Below, piece after piece: positions 54,728 to 64,000 of a stretch of 64,000 nucleotides of DNA. The stretch covers positions 41,066 to 105,065 of the IMG/VR virus record IMGVR_UViG_3300020122_000155; one strand, given 5' to 3'. A program made the position numbers and the translations under genes. The DNA is from a virus. Each line of letters begins with the position of its first letter. The first letter of the stretch is position 1. The notes under the pieces are model-generated. The model was not told the origin of the DNA and made no database searches. It saw only the letters and a program-made list of their open reading frames with translations.

Positions 54728-55036
54728 TCACTGTGGGCCTGCTTTCTTTTTGTCGGTCGGTTGAGTTGGCGGATCGGGGATACGAGATACCGTCATTGTG
54801 TCCGGGTTGATCTTGCACTTTTCCAGAGCAAGTTTTTGCGCGTCGCAGATTGTCTTGACGAGAGCGTGTTCCTCGACGCCGAGCGCGTTAAGTTTCAACT
54901 GATTAATCTCCGATTGAAGGGCGAACACCTGCTTCTTTAGGATGAGAATTTGAATGTCCTTCTCCTGATCCGGTGCGATCTTCGTGTCTTGTGCCGATGC
55001 GATGGCGATACCGAGTAATAGAAAAAGGTTTTTCAT
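54728..55036 (-). CDS. small secreted coiled-coil protein
   Basis: Signal peptide MKNLFLLLGIAIASAQ. Confidence 0.65.
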   Translation of the reverse strand: MKNLFLLLGIAIASAQDTKIAPDQEKDIQILILKKQVFALQSEINQLKLNALGVEEHALVKTICDAQKLALEKCKINPDTMTVSRIPDPPTQPTDKKKAGPQ

Positions 55037-55377
55037 GGGGTTTTAAATTCTGCTCCTGTGAACTTCATGGGCATCACCTTAGCTCCGTCAATGCTTGTCG
55101 CGTCTACCAAAAACACCGAGACAGTGTTAGTGCCGCTGGACGTAGAGAACTGCGTTGCACTATGTTGCAGCCCGTCCGCCGTGCGGTAAGAGAGCGTTAT
55201 AGAGTAGGCGTCGCTGCCAGATTGATCGTAAATCCACACCTGCACCATCGGAGGCGTATTGCCAAAGGGCATAATCTGCCGGATTGGAGACTGCGACCCC
55301 AGATTGAAAGTTGAAACGTTGCCGGGTTGCGCGAAGGCAAGGCCAGCAAAAAGGAAAAGAGCGCTAAGTTGTTTCAT
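55033..55377 (-). CDS. small secreted protein
   Basis: Start reassigned to MKQLSALFLFAGLAFAQ. Confidence 0.65.
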   Translation of the reverse strand: MKQLSALFLFAGLAFAQPGNVSTFNLGSQSPIRQIMPFGNTPPMVQVWIYDQSGSDAYSITLSYRTADGLQHSATQFSTSSGTNTVSVFLVDATSIDGAKVMPMKFTGAEFKTP

Positions 55378-58015
55378 ATCTAAATTGCCCTTCAAAGGTA
55401 TAGGCATGTCCGCTAAGAGCGTTGGTATAGCTGGTACAAGTTGATCCGCTGATGGTAAAATACCAAATACCGTTAAAACTTCCGCCATCCAAAGCTACAA
55501 GGGTGATAACTTGATCCGTGCTTACCGTTGCAGCCGGGAGCGTAAACGTAGCAGGTGCAGCCGCCCCGGTTCCGGTGAACTTGATGCGTACATCGACCCA
55601 TTTCCCGGCCTGCTGTTGAAATGCAGAGGAAACAGAAGTTGAGGTTAACCCGCCAATCGTGGGGCTGTAGGAAGATGATGCCCCCGGTTCTGTCAGGGTA
55701 AGCGTCACTGCTCCCGTTGAAGGACCAGCGGGGCTCAATTGCGGGCCACCTGTTCCGCTGTTGGTTACCGAAAGACTGCTAACCCCGCTGGTCGAAAGAT
55801 TCGTCCATCCAGTGTTTCCGCTGCCGGTAGCCTTGTACCAGAGATTTCCCGCAATATCCAAATAAATCGACCCCGGTTGCGCTGAAACGACGGTGTTGGG
55901 AGAACCATTCCCCGAGTAGATCCCCGACCCGACTACGGTTCCGCTGGCGAAGTTGGAGAAGTTGGAAAATATAATGTTCCCGGTATCGAGACGCACCGTG
56001 AACACGTCGTTCCACGCACCGCCGCTATTGGTGCTGAATTGCAAGGTAAGCGCGTCCTGACCGGTCAGTCCATGTTGCCAGCGAGCGCGATTAACACCAA
56101 GATTGTTCCCGAATCCCAGCGCCCCAAGATTGCTAGTGGTATCGAAATATAACCGTGGAGTCAAAATGCCCGCGATGTCATCCCGCACCAGCAGGTAAGA
56201 GGTCGCTGGATTTGTTCCATTCGCATTGGTCGCAGCGCCGATCATCACTTCCAACGCTGCTGCCGCCAGCCTCAGAAACATCGCCTTCGTTGAAGCCGCC
56301 GTGCTCGTCTTTATCCAGTTTGGGAATGTCGCGCTTCGACTGTTGACGGCTAAGAATCCACCTTGGGTATCTGCGCCGAAATTGATCGGGTCTAAGGTTA
56401 TGATGTTCGGGCCACCACTCGGGAAGCTCTGATTGATCTGGAGCGCCCCCGCCATCACTTCAACGGCATTTCCAGGAACGCATACATACCGACTAATGAG
56501 TGACTGCGTAAGAGTGTTGAATTGAATGTTGTCTAGGATGGCGGTCTGCCCCTGAGAGAACACATTCCCGATGACAACGGGATTACCCGCGTCGATTTGT
56601 ACTGCCTTCTGAACAGTAACTTGAGTATCTACGCTTTGTAGATCCCCCGAACTTCCGGTATTGAAGTGAACCCCTATGCCAGCCGACTCAATGTGAATTT
56701 GCCCGACGCAATGGAGCGCCCCGTTGCTGAAATCGATTGCAGCCCCATACCCACAAATGAATCCTCCCTGGCCGTAGACCGTGCCGCGAATAATAGTTGT
56801 CGCCAATGCATCGAATCCGACGATCCCGCGCACTGTGTTATCGATGAACGCGGAGTTGGACGGGAAGATCCAGGGATTCTCGACAATCCAATTGACGCAA
56901 CCAAATGGATCTCCTGCGCTCGATGCCTGCACTCCGTATTTCAGCCAGTTCACTACAGTAACGCGAGTGAGTCCACTGTTTTCCTGAAGAGCATCGCAGA
57001 AAATACCAATGGAACCAGCGACGTGACAGCAGTCAATCCGCACATCCTCCAATCGCGTGAAGAATGCAATCGCAGAGTCGGACGCGAAGGTTCCCGTCAT
57101 TCGCCAAGCCGCAGTGCTCGATGGAAACGCAACCGCATCGAGATAGAAAATTGTTCCTCCACCGTGCATTCCCTTCAACGTGACACACTTCTTATGGTTG
57201 ATAGCCGCGCTGATGAGATAGCGCCCACTCGGAGCCCACAGATTATACCCACCATCAGAGCTTGCAGATGGCACCACCATCGCACTCGCAGTATCGATAG
57301 CCGCCTGCACCGCCGCCGTGTCATCGGTACCAAAATACCCCGGCGCGGCGACCGTGGTTGCGCCAGCATTCACATTTAACGTAACTTGGCCGCTATTTAC
57401 ATAGGTGGCAATCGTTGCCCCGAGAGGGTATGCCCACACCGTAGCCGTCCCAAAAAACACTCCCACCGGAGCGCCGGTATTGACTATTTTGATGCGATAG
57501 TAGCGATAAGTAGGTGGCGTCTCAATATAGGAATCGGATGCCGCCAAAGGCGTAAGCCCAACGGGTCCATGAACGCTTACCTCGCCCGCGAAAACCGCTG
57601 AGTTTGACCCAAATACCTGCCACGTGATGCCATTTGCGGAGCAGTTCCCGGCAAATCCTACCTTGGTTCCAACTCCCTGAGTGTCAATGGTGAGCGCCAC
57701 CGCCGCCGATCCGGTTCCGGCGAAAGATCCAACGGTTTCACTAACGAAATGAATCGCAGTACCGCTTGACGCAGCCCCGTAAATGATAATCCGCTTCCCG
57801 ATGTCGCCATTAGTGGCAGGAATAGCTGGCGTCGTTGGGGTTCCGGGAACCGCAGCCTGCGGAGGAGTAAAGGGCGGACCGGAAACAAGGTTGACAATCG
57901 GCGATCCAGCAGTTGTGGAAAGGATCGTCGCCTGCGTATCCCCCATTGCCCCGAACATTCTAAGGGAAAGATGATCGCCACGTAGATTGTCTAGTGATTG
58001 CTGAGAATACGCCAT
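55364..58015 (-). CDS. tailspike / depolymerase with pectin-lyase-like beta-helix
   Basis: FGA.GD...(insert)...TDDTAAVQAAID, P.GRYLIS; G.GSP...V.A.PGSIY...LW.K..G.GNTGW. Confidence 0.8.
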   Translation of the reverse strand: MAYSQQSLDNLRGDHLSLRMFGAMGDTQATILSTTAGSPIVNLVSGPPFTPPQAAVPGTPTTPAIPATNGDIGKRIIIYGAASSGTAIHFVSETVGSFAGTGSAAVALTIDTQGVGTKVGFAGNCSANGITWQVFGSNSAVFAGEVSVHGPVGLTPLAASDSYIETPPTYRYYRIKIVNTGAPVGVFFGTATVWAYPLGATIATYVNSGQVTLNVNAGATTVAAPGYFGTDDTAAVQAAIDTASAMVVPSASSDGGYNLWAPSGRYLISAAINHKKCVTLKGMHGGGTIFYLDAVAFPSSTAAWRMTGTFASDSAIAFFTRLEDVRIDCCHVAGSIGIFCDALQENSGLTRVTVVNWLKYGVQASSAGDPFGCVNWIVENPWIFPSNSAFIDNTVRGIVGFDALATTIIRGTVYGQGGFICGYGAAIDFSNGALHCVGQIHIESAGIGVHFNTGSSGDLQSVDTQVTVQKAVQIDAGNPVVIGNVFSQGQTAILDNIQFNTLTQSLISRYVCVPGNAVEVMAGALQINQSFPSGGPNIITLDPINFGADTQGGFLAVNSRSATFPNWIKTSTAASTKAMFLRLAAAALEVMIGAATNANGTNPATSYLLVRDDIAGILTPRLYFDTTSNLGALGFGNNLGVNRARWQHGLTGQDALTLQFSTNSGGAWNDVFTVRLDTGNIIFSNFSNFASGTVVGSGIYSGNGSPNTVVSAQPGSIYLDIAGNLWYKATGSGNTGWTNLSTSGVSSLSVTNSGTGGPQLSPAGPSTGAVTLTLTEPGASSSYSPTIGGLTSTSVSSAFQQQAGKWVDVRIKFTGTGAAAPATFTLPAATVSTDQVITLVALDGGSFNGIWYFTISGSTCTSYTNALSGHAYTFEGQFRYETT

Positions 58016-58297
58016 TTAATAAGTAACTGGAACGCCGTTAATCGTCACGAAGTTGTCGGTGGAACTGCCGGTATTGATCACTAGGCTTGCATTGTTATTG
58101 ACCGCTGTTGCAAGTTCGTTAATTGATCGCTGCAATGCATTAAGCTGATTCTGTACATTGTTGAGCGCCTCAGCCACCATGTTGAGCGCTTGCTCCGAAT
58201 CTAAGCCCTTCGAAAAGGCGGCAATCTGCGCAACCTTGTTTTTGATCGCGCCAGCCGACGATTGTGAGATATTTACTGTGACCGGTGAGGTTCCCAT
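58016..58297 (-). CDS. small coiled-coil tail protein
   Basis: Lies between the nozzle-like and tailspike genes. Confidence 0.65.
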   Translation of the reverse strand: MGTSPVTVNISQSSAGAIKNKVAQIAAFSKGLDSEQALNMVAEALNNVQNQLNALQRSINELATAVNNNASLVINTGSSTDNFVTINGVPVTY

Positions 58298-60484
58298 TTA
58301 GCGCATCGCGAATGTTTCTGTGTAGTACGCTCGGATCAGGCTCATCTCAGCCCACTGATCGACGGCGTTGGTAGAAAAGCGAATAGACTGTTGCTCGCTC
58401 ATCAAAAACCACTGGACTAAAAATTCTTGACCTGGAGTCTGCGAGACCGTGAGTGGTGACTGCGCTGGAACAATTGAAGGCGAACCATCGAGCCCATTTG
58501 CAAGGAAAGATAATCCGCCTACCCCAAACGCTCTGAAGTGCATCCCATGGAAAAAATGCATCGTCTGCGTCTGGTCTGCCAGACCGGGCGTCAGATTAGT
58601 TTCGTAAATTAAGTTGATGGCAGTGGGTGTCACTCCATCCATGGTCACGTCGCGATAAGGAAGCAGTTCCGTACCATCATTCTGCCGAATGAAGGCTCCG
58701 CCAAAGGACTCGTTGTAGGGCGCATACCAGACTTCCTGCAATGCCTTAGGAAGATTTTGAACAACCGCAACCGCGCCCGGAGAATATCCGAACCCAGTCG
58801 CCTGAGAACTGCCCATGGAATTGAGCGAGTACTTGATCGTTTCCGGCGTGTCCCCTTCCGTGTAGTCCCATGTCAACTGATGCGTCGAACTCTGCGGACG
58901 GATAGTCGCTCCGACCACCGGCTGCGATACGGAAGCGAAGAGAAAGGTGTTTGGACCGGTGACGGCAATCACTCCTGGACCCAACTCATTTATCATTACG
59001 GCTATCGACTGCGGATACAGGTGAGGCTTGTCAGTCGTGGTGATCGTCCAGATATTCACCCCCGCAGAAACGGCTGAGGCAACTTGGGTATTCAGCGGAG
59101 CAATTACGATGAACCGCTTATTCAGTTGATCATCGACCACCTGAACCTGCGTTGGAATCATCCAATTGATGCGGCCCCAATCCGGTTGCTGATAATAACT
59201 CAGCGGCAGCGCCGGGAAAATCCCGCCTTGGAAAATGTAGAACCCACGATCAGCCGCGATTGCTGCATACCCGAGAGAGGGATTGACCGTGATACAGGTC
59301 GGAGAAAGAACGCCAATCGATCCATCGACCTTCTGTGCGGGAGTCCACTTTACCGGGACATCTCCGCTGTCCTCTATGCTGTAAAATGCGGTCTGCGTTC
59401 CGAGATAACAAACGCCGCGAAGGGAAAATCCAACAATCGCCTGCGCGTTCCCTTCCAGGTAAATGCCGTGCTGATCCGCCGTGATGTACTGAAACGCATT
59501 CTGCTCACTGAAGTACGTTACCGGGAACCCGGCCCCGTCAATCGTCACATAAGCCATGCGGCTTGAATACGTGAAGATGTTGCTCGGAAAGAACGGTGGC
59601 GTCCCGCCAACAGATGAAGCCAGCAAGTTTTGATTCTGAGAAAGATCAGTGCCGGTCGCGGCAAGATCAAAGTCGCTGATCGAGATCGTAATGACCGTTG
59701 GATTCGCGCAATTCCCAACTGCTCCGGGAACCGCATAATACGTGTTCGGATTGGCGACCGTCGCCATCACGATCTGAAACGTCGCTGGAGATCCGAGATA
59801 GCCCGCTCCCGGTAGCGCCCCCGAGATCGTCAGTTGGATGTTTTTACCGCCCGTCGAAGTAAACGTGATCGGAGTAAACTTGCCGCCGCTATCGACCGGG
59901 CAAAGCTTTCCTGTGTATCCGTTTCTCGTGGTGAAGATGTATCCGATCCGATGCGCGCCAGCCGTGCAAAGCCCCGCTCCAGTCTCAGCCGCAGCGATAG
60001 TGTTCTGGATCGGAGCCGCGAAAAGATTGTCGAGCCCAACGTTGTATCCATACACCTGCCCGCTGTGCGAACTCAGTTTCCCGCCCGCGTCGTAAAACGC
60101 TGCGTAGAGGCGTAGTCCTGTACCGACGCAACTTGCACCAGCCGCTCCTGTCGTCGGAAGCGAGAACGAAGTGAAGCCCGGAGTCGGATATTGTTCCCAG
60201 CCAAGTAGCCCCGTTGACGGAGCATAGTACATCAAGAGTGAAAGTTGCTGCGCCGGAGATCCCGCCAGTACAAATGCCCAGTTATAAAGTGACGTTACTG
60301 CGCCGTGCGATGAGTCCGTGAAAACTACCGAGTGGCCCAGCCGAGTTCCCACGCTACCGTGAATGAATGTGGCATTGCATGAAAGCAGCGCATTCCCATC
60401 GGGAACGGCGTAGTCATCCAACCTCAAGTTACTACCGTTCCATACGTTAATTATTTTTTGGGCGACCCCAGGGAATAGTGCCAT
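58298..60484 (-). CDS. tail nozzle / stabilisation protein (tubular protein B / P22 gp10-like)
   Basis: Size, beta-rich composition and position; IG..SP..I and RG.YIF.G motifs. Confidence 0.65.
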   Translation of the reverse strand: MALFPGVAQKIINVWNGSNLRLDDYAVPDGNALLSCNATFIHGSVGTRLGHSVVFTDSSHGAVTSLYNWAFVLAGSPAQQLSLLMYYAPSTGLLGWEQYPTPGFTSFSLPTTGAAGASCVGTGLRLYAAFYDAGGKLSSHSGQVYGYNVGLDNLFAAPIQNTIAAAETGAGLCTAGAHRIGYIFTTRNGYTGKLCPVDSGGKFTPITFTSTGGKNIQLTISGALPGAGYLGSPATFQIVMATVANPNTYYAVPGAVGNCANPTVITISISDFDLAATGTDLSQNQNLLASSVGGTPPFFPSNIFTYSSRMAYVTIDGAGFPVTYFSEQNAFQYITADQHGIYLEGNAQAIVGFSLRGVCYLGTQTAFYSIEDSGDVPVKWTPAQKVDGSIGVLSPTCITVNPSLGYAAIAADRGFYIFQGGIFPALPLSYYQQPDWGRINWMIPTQVQVVDDQLNKRFIVIAPLNTQVASAVSAGVNIWTITTTDKPHLYPQSIAVMINELGPGVIAVTGPNTFLFASVSQPVVGATIRPQSSTHQLTWDYTEGDTPETIKYSLNSMGSSQATGFGYSPGAVAVVQNLPKALQEVWYAPYNESFGGAFIRQNDGTELLPYRDVTMDGVTPTAINLIYETNLTPGLADQTQTMHFFHGMHFRAFGVGGLSFLANGLDGSPSIVPAQSPLTVSQTPGQEFLVQWFLMSEQQSIRFSTNAVDQWAEMSLIRAYYTETFAMR

Positions 60485-60558
60485 GTTATAATTAAAAAAG
60501 GTCGCGCAGCGCTTGGAACGCCGCAGCGACCGACCAAAAAGACCCGTTAGGAGGGGTC
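60484..60558 (+). promoter_or_regulatory. extended -10 promoter and two-hairpin leader of the HNH gene
   Basis: TG-T-TATAAT (60484-60492); hairpin GGTCGC...GCGACC; hairpin GACCC-GTTAGGAG-GGGTC containing the SD. Confidence 0.5.
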
Positions 60559-60561
60559 GAA

Positions 60562-61182
60562 ATGGCTACTCTAATATTACTCCATAAGCGAAAGCTTCAG
60601 AAACTTTTGACGGAGATAAAGCGTCGCTGCAACAATCCTCGTCACCCCGCCTTCGCCGATTACGGCGGGCGCGGAATAAAAGTGTGCCAGGAGTGGAGTC
60701 GTGGAAGTGCTGCATTTGTTAAATGGGCCAACGGCAATGGATATATCCCCGGCCTGTCGATAGACAGATACCCGGACAAAAACGGGGATTATTCTCCATC
60801 GAATTGCCGATTCGCTACAAGCGTTGAGCAAAACAGAAATACGAGATCCAACTTATCAATTTCGGCTTTTGGGGAAACGAAGTTGGCCTGCGAGTGGGGC
60901 GAAGATAGACGATGCGTTGTTACATACCGCACTTTTTTGAAACGTTTCCATGCTGGGTGGGCACCGGAGCCCGCCATGATTACACCATCTCATCATGTGC
61001 CCCAAAATGTGGCCCTTGAGATTTACAAAATGCTGAAGAGGGGAAGCGACAGCGGCATTGAAGTAGCTGATAAATTCGGGGTGTCAAAAACCGTGGTATA
61101 CCGAATTGCGGCTGGCGTCTACCACAAAGCTATCGGAATGAAGCCGCTGGCATTTGATGGATACCGATGGAGAAAGCGTTAA
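60562..61182 (+). CDS. HNH homing endonuclease with C-terminal HTH, antisense insertion
   Basis: RC.NP....YGGRGIKVC.EW, LSIDR..D.NG.YSP.NCR.AT..EQ.RN; EVADKFGVSKT.V.RI. Confidence 0.85.
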   Translation: MATLILLHKRKLQKLLTEIKRRCNNPRHPAFADYGGRGIKVCQEWSRGSAAFVKWANGNGYIPGLSIDRYPDKNGDYSPSNCRFATSVEQNRNTRSNLSISAFGETKLACEWGEDRRCVVTYRTFLKRFHAGWAPEPAMITPSHHVPQNVALEIYKMLKRGSDSGIEVADKFGVSKTVVYRIAAGVYHKAIGMKPLAFDGYRWRKR

Positions 61183-61227
61183 GGCGGAGGATGGCAAGGA
61201 CGACCACCCTCCGCTGCGGCGGGAGAA

Positions 61228-62556
61228 CTACTCAGAGAGACATTGGAACACGGTGCCATCATAGATCAAACTCATGATGGAACCGGAGGCGTGAACGACA
61301 GCGAGATCATTTGCAGGGTTGCTGGACTTCTTGATACTCTTTACGCCAGCGGCATTCAAGTTGAGCGTGTTCGCTCCGGCTTGAGTCGTGTGAGCGATCT
61401 TGAGGTAGATCAGCAGTCCAGCGGCCAACGGTACAGCCGCTCCGGTCGAATCGAGCAAAGCGGCCACCAACGCGTTGTTCGCACCGGTTTCCGTGCCGAT
61501 ATAGTTCGATGCGATGTAGTTAGTGGTAGGCCCGGTCGTCGTGCTTGCGCCGGTCGTGTTGACCGTTGGAGCGGTGGAGGAATCGCCAGCGAGCCCTGTG
61601 TCTGTGAAGGTCTGCGTACCAGACGTTGCCGCCAAGGTACCAATGAGTCCCGTGGTGGATGGCGTTCCTCCTGCGGCAGTTCTGTAGATTTTATAGCTGG
61701 CCGCTCCAACAACTGAGTTCCACGTAACCTTAACGCTGTTGACGCTCGTGAGAGTGGCATTGGCGGTGGTCGTGGTTCCAGCGGATGACGCAGCGGTTAC
61801 GCCACCTGCCGAGTTTACGGCTACTATCTTGTAAGAAATAGTTGTGGCCCCAGCGGTTCCCTGTGGCGTGGCAACGACATTCACTGGAGTCAATAGCGGC
61901 GTAGAAAAATTTCCCGTCGCGATAAGTCCGCTCGTATTTACGGTCGGCGCGGTCGTCCCGTCACCGGCCAGTGCCGTGTCATTGAGGCTGTAGGTAGCAG
62001 GCTGAAGTCCGGTCGTTACAACGGTCGTCGATGCTACCGTCCCGATTAGACCTGTCGTGCTCGGCGTGGTTCCGGCTACCGTTCGATACACGTCATAGAA
62101 TGCAGCGCCGCTCACGCTCGCCCAAGTGATGACGTTGTAATTCGCAGAGGTCAGCGTCGCGTTGCCGGTAGTGGTCGATCCAGCCGCCGATGCAGGACTG
62201 GTTCCAAGCGTCGCGCCAACTCCGTTTCGCGCCACAACAACATATGTCCACGTTACTGCGCCAGCCGTCCCGACATTGGTGATCGTCGGAGCCGCAGGAG
62301 TCGCCAGTTGGACCAGTTGCAGATCAAATGCCAAAACCCCGTTCGGGTTGCGCAAATATGTCTGGTTGTTAGTGTCAACACCGATCAGATAGTGAATCTT
62401 CCCAGTTCCGGCTGCGTTGTCTTCGAACTCAAGCCAGTTGTTCGGCTTCGAGTCATCGATCATGTAACGGTCGGTGGGTGCGATAACGCCGCCCTTTACG
62501 AGCCAAGGCAGGCGGGCCGCAGAGTTTGCGTTCGGTATTCCGTTGTTGTATCCCAT
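61228..62556 (-). CDS. virion structural protein with two FN3-like repeats
   Basis: Duplicated GTAGA.T..Y.VVA.N..G...TT.NATLTS.N...TW..V.GA..Y..YRT..G.TPSTTGLIGT. Confidence 0.8.
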   Translation of the reverse strand: MGYNNGIPNANSAARLPWLVKGGVIAPTDRYMIDDSKPNNWLEFEDNAAGTGKIHYLIGVDTNNQTYLRNPNGVLAFDLQLVQLATPAAPTITNVGTAGAVTWTYVVVARNGVGATLGTSPASAAGSTTTGNATLTSANYNVITWASVSGAAFYDVYRTVAGTTPSTTGLIGTVASTTVVTTGLQPATYSLNDTALAGDGTTAPTVNTSGLIATGNFSTPLLTPVNVVATPQGTAGATTISYKIVAVNSAGGVTAASSAGTTTTANATLTSVNSVKVTWNSVVGAASYKIYRTAAGGTPSTTGLIGTLAATSGTQTFTDTGLAGDSSTAPTVNTTGASTTTGPTTNYIASNYIGTETGANNALVAALLDSTGAAVPLAAGLLIYLKIAHTTQAGANTLNLNAAGVKSIKKSSNPANDLAVVHASGSIMSLIYDGTVFQCLSE

Positions 62557-62624
62557 TGTGACTTATCAATCCTTTGTGTCCAAAATGTTATTGATCGGAG
62601 CTTCGAGATCGCTCGAAACTATTT

Positions 62625-62942
62625 CTACTTCATTACGCCCTGAGTTATAAACCCGTGCCAGCCACAGCCTCCCGTGGCTTTGCCGTCCTTTTCGGAGATG
62701 CAGTTGATGGATGGCGTGATCGTTGGCCGCTCCATGTTGCCATCCCATTGCCAGACACAAAGAGCATCTGGGTTTGGTCGATCAATAAACTTTGGCCCGA
62801 GAAGAACGGCGCATCGCTTCCCGTTTGGGCAGACGAACAAAATGTGAGCCGTGTTTTGGTATCCCTCCGTCGTGCCGAGGTCGATATCAAACGAACCGAT
62901 AGGTTCGTCATCCGGCCATTCGTCCCGGCTGTCGCGCTGCAT
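62625..62942 (-). CDS. DUF6527-like small protein
   Basis: F.CP, W.WDGN.ERPT.TPSIN...C.WHGFI..G; start MQRDSR. Confidence 0.65.
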   Translation of the reverse strand: MQRDSRDEWPDDEPIGSFDIDLGTTEGYQNTAHILFVCPNGKRCAVLLGPKFIDRPNPDALCVWQWDGNMERPTITPSINCISEKDGKATGGCGWHGFITQGVMK

Positions 62943-62958
62943 CTGTCCGGGCTCTGGA

Positions 62959-63909
62959 TTAGCCAAGAATTGCGTCTCCAAACCTTGTCCGCTTGTCGCG
63001 GAAGGGAAGTCTGCGCCGCTGTGGTCCGCGCTGCATCGTTGCGACTTGAATGCGGATGAAGTCCCCGAGCAGTCCACCGGTACACGATTCCCCACCGGTT
63101 CCATAAGCCTTCGCGTAAAGTTCATCCCCGCGCGCAGGCCACGCATTCGAATAGGCTGCGTTTGCCGCCGTCGCTACGGAAAGGAAGTCGATGCAGTTGT
63201 CTATGTTAATGTTTTGGTTGGTTATCGTCGGTGGAGTTCCTGAAGCCCAGTATGTGATCCGAAGTTGCTGAATCCCGGTCGTCCCGCGAAACTGCATTGT
63301 CTCGTCGATCCAAAGATATTGCTCAAGGTACTGCGTTGGGATTCCATCAAGTCCTTGAGCGGTGAGGTCAATCGGAACTACCTCGGTAAACCTCGATGTG
63401 CTCTGGATCGTTGCAATGCCGCCCGTCCCGACCACGCCGTCGTTCATCGACCCGTTCAAGGAGAAGTGATCTGCATCGATAATCGTGAAAAACCAGTTTC
63501 CCCATGGCTGCGTTGTTCCCAAAACGCCGCTGATTTGACCGCCAACGGTCTGCCCTGCTGTTCCGAATCCATGCCCAACGGCGTGAACCACAATAGGCGT
63601 CGCGGCACTCGTGTCCGTGATCGTAACCGCAGCCTGCGCCGGACGCTCCTCAACCATCTCCGGCTCCGCCATATCGGTGATTCCGAAATTGGCCGGATTG
63701 AGCACGGTCGTCCTCGCCGGAAGGTTCACGTAAACAACGCGCTGGACCCTCTTGCTAGATCCCATCAAACAGTTGAACAATTTCCTGTAACTCTCTGCAA
63801 ACAATGGCTGTAACGCCGTATTCGTCCAAACTGCGCCGCCCGTGACTTGCGTATCATGCAGCCAGAACCGCGAAGCGTCGAACACTTGTTGTAGGGTGTT
63901 TACAGCCAT
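62959..63909 (-). CDS. head-tail adaptor-like structural protein
   Basis: Position; TL..V....R..L.D N-terminus; inserted beta module. Confidence 0.6.
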   Translation of the reverse strand: MAVNTLQQVFDASRFWLHDTQVTGGAVWTNTALQPLFAESYRKLFNCLMGSSKRVQRVVYVNLPARTTVLNPANFGITDMAEPEMVEERPAQAAVTITDTSAATPIVVHAVGHGFGTAGQTVGGQISGVLGTTQPWGNWFFTIIDADHFSLNGSMNDGVVGTGGIATIQSTSRFTEVVPIDLTAQGLDGIPTQYLEQYLWIDETMQFRGTTGIQQLRITYWASGTPPTITNQNINIDNCIDFLSVATAANAAYSNAWPARGDELYAKAYGTGGESCTGGLLGDFIRIQVATMQRGPQRRRLPFRDKRTRFGDAILG

Positions 63910-63925
63910 TGCTTAGATCGTCCTT

Positions 63926-64000
63926 TTAGCCAGCGACCGGCTGAGGCTTGTGCGGCTGTTGCGCCGCCGCGAGCACCGCCGCTGGATTTACGCGGTTGCC
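63926..64000 (-). CDS. 3' end of an upstream late gene (truncated by window)
   Basis: ...GNRVNPAAVLAAAQQPHKPQPVAG-TAA. Confidence 0.4.
   Translation of the reverse strand, partial: GNRVNPAAVLAAAQQPHKPQPVAG

Noticed and set aside
1-64000. Genome-wide TAG reassignment (alternative genetic code) suggested by the CUA tRNA
   Set aside because: Long genes are intact in code 11, coding density is high, and several TAGs are followed directly by the next gene's RBS or start.
1-64000. Integrase, att site, DGR or retron
   Set aside because: No recombinase or reverse transcriptase motifs and no TR/VR-like repeat pair were seen; lifestyle cannot be determined from this window.

Overview
A 64 kb segment of a tailed dsDNA phage genome. 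It is probably podovirus-like and probably infects Acidobacteriota, judged from host-like MerR, PEP-CTERM-like and small basic proteins and from the signal-peptide style. There are three blocks. (1) 1-6400, minus strand: early and recombination genes (ERF, HNH, YqaJ exonuclease, SAM methyltransferase, RHH regulator). (2) 6460-23960, plus strand: dense small genes for replication, regulation and anti-defence (replication initiator, AAA ATPase, DNA methyltransferase, Lar-like, Tad1). (3) 23851-64000, minus strand: late genes (tail adaptor and nozzle-like proteins, tailspike, ejection proteins, lysis genes), ending in about 18 kb of seven large proteins that all carry Sec signal peptides. No capsid, terminase, portal or integrase gene is visible in the window. 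The most striking locus is 8774-9770. A sigma70-like promoter points at ATG-ACG-TAG, in frame with a Pth2-fold (peptidyl-tRNA hydrolase-like) gene. That gene has no stop codon before it runs into three CCA-ended tRNA-like RNAs: one with an amber (CUA) anticodon and two with no anticodon loop. A kissing-loop leader and an Hfq/Sm-like gene follow. Other highlights are a circularly permuted histidine phosphatase, a 150-nt RNA with tRNA-like ends upstream of tad1, and a small disulfide-loop secreted peptide. All product calls come from motif recognition by eye; no searches were run.
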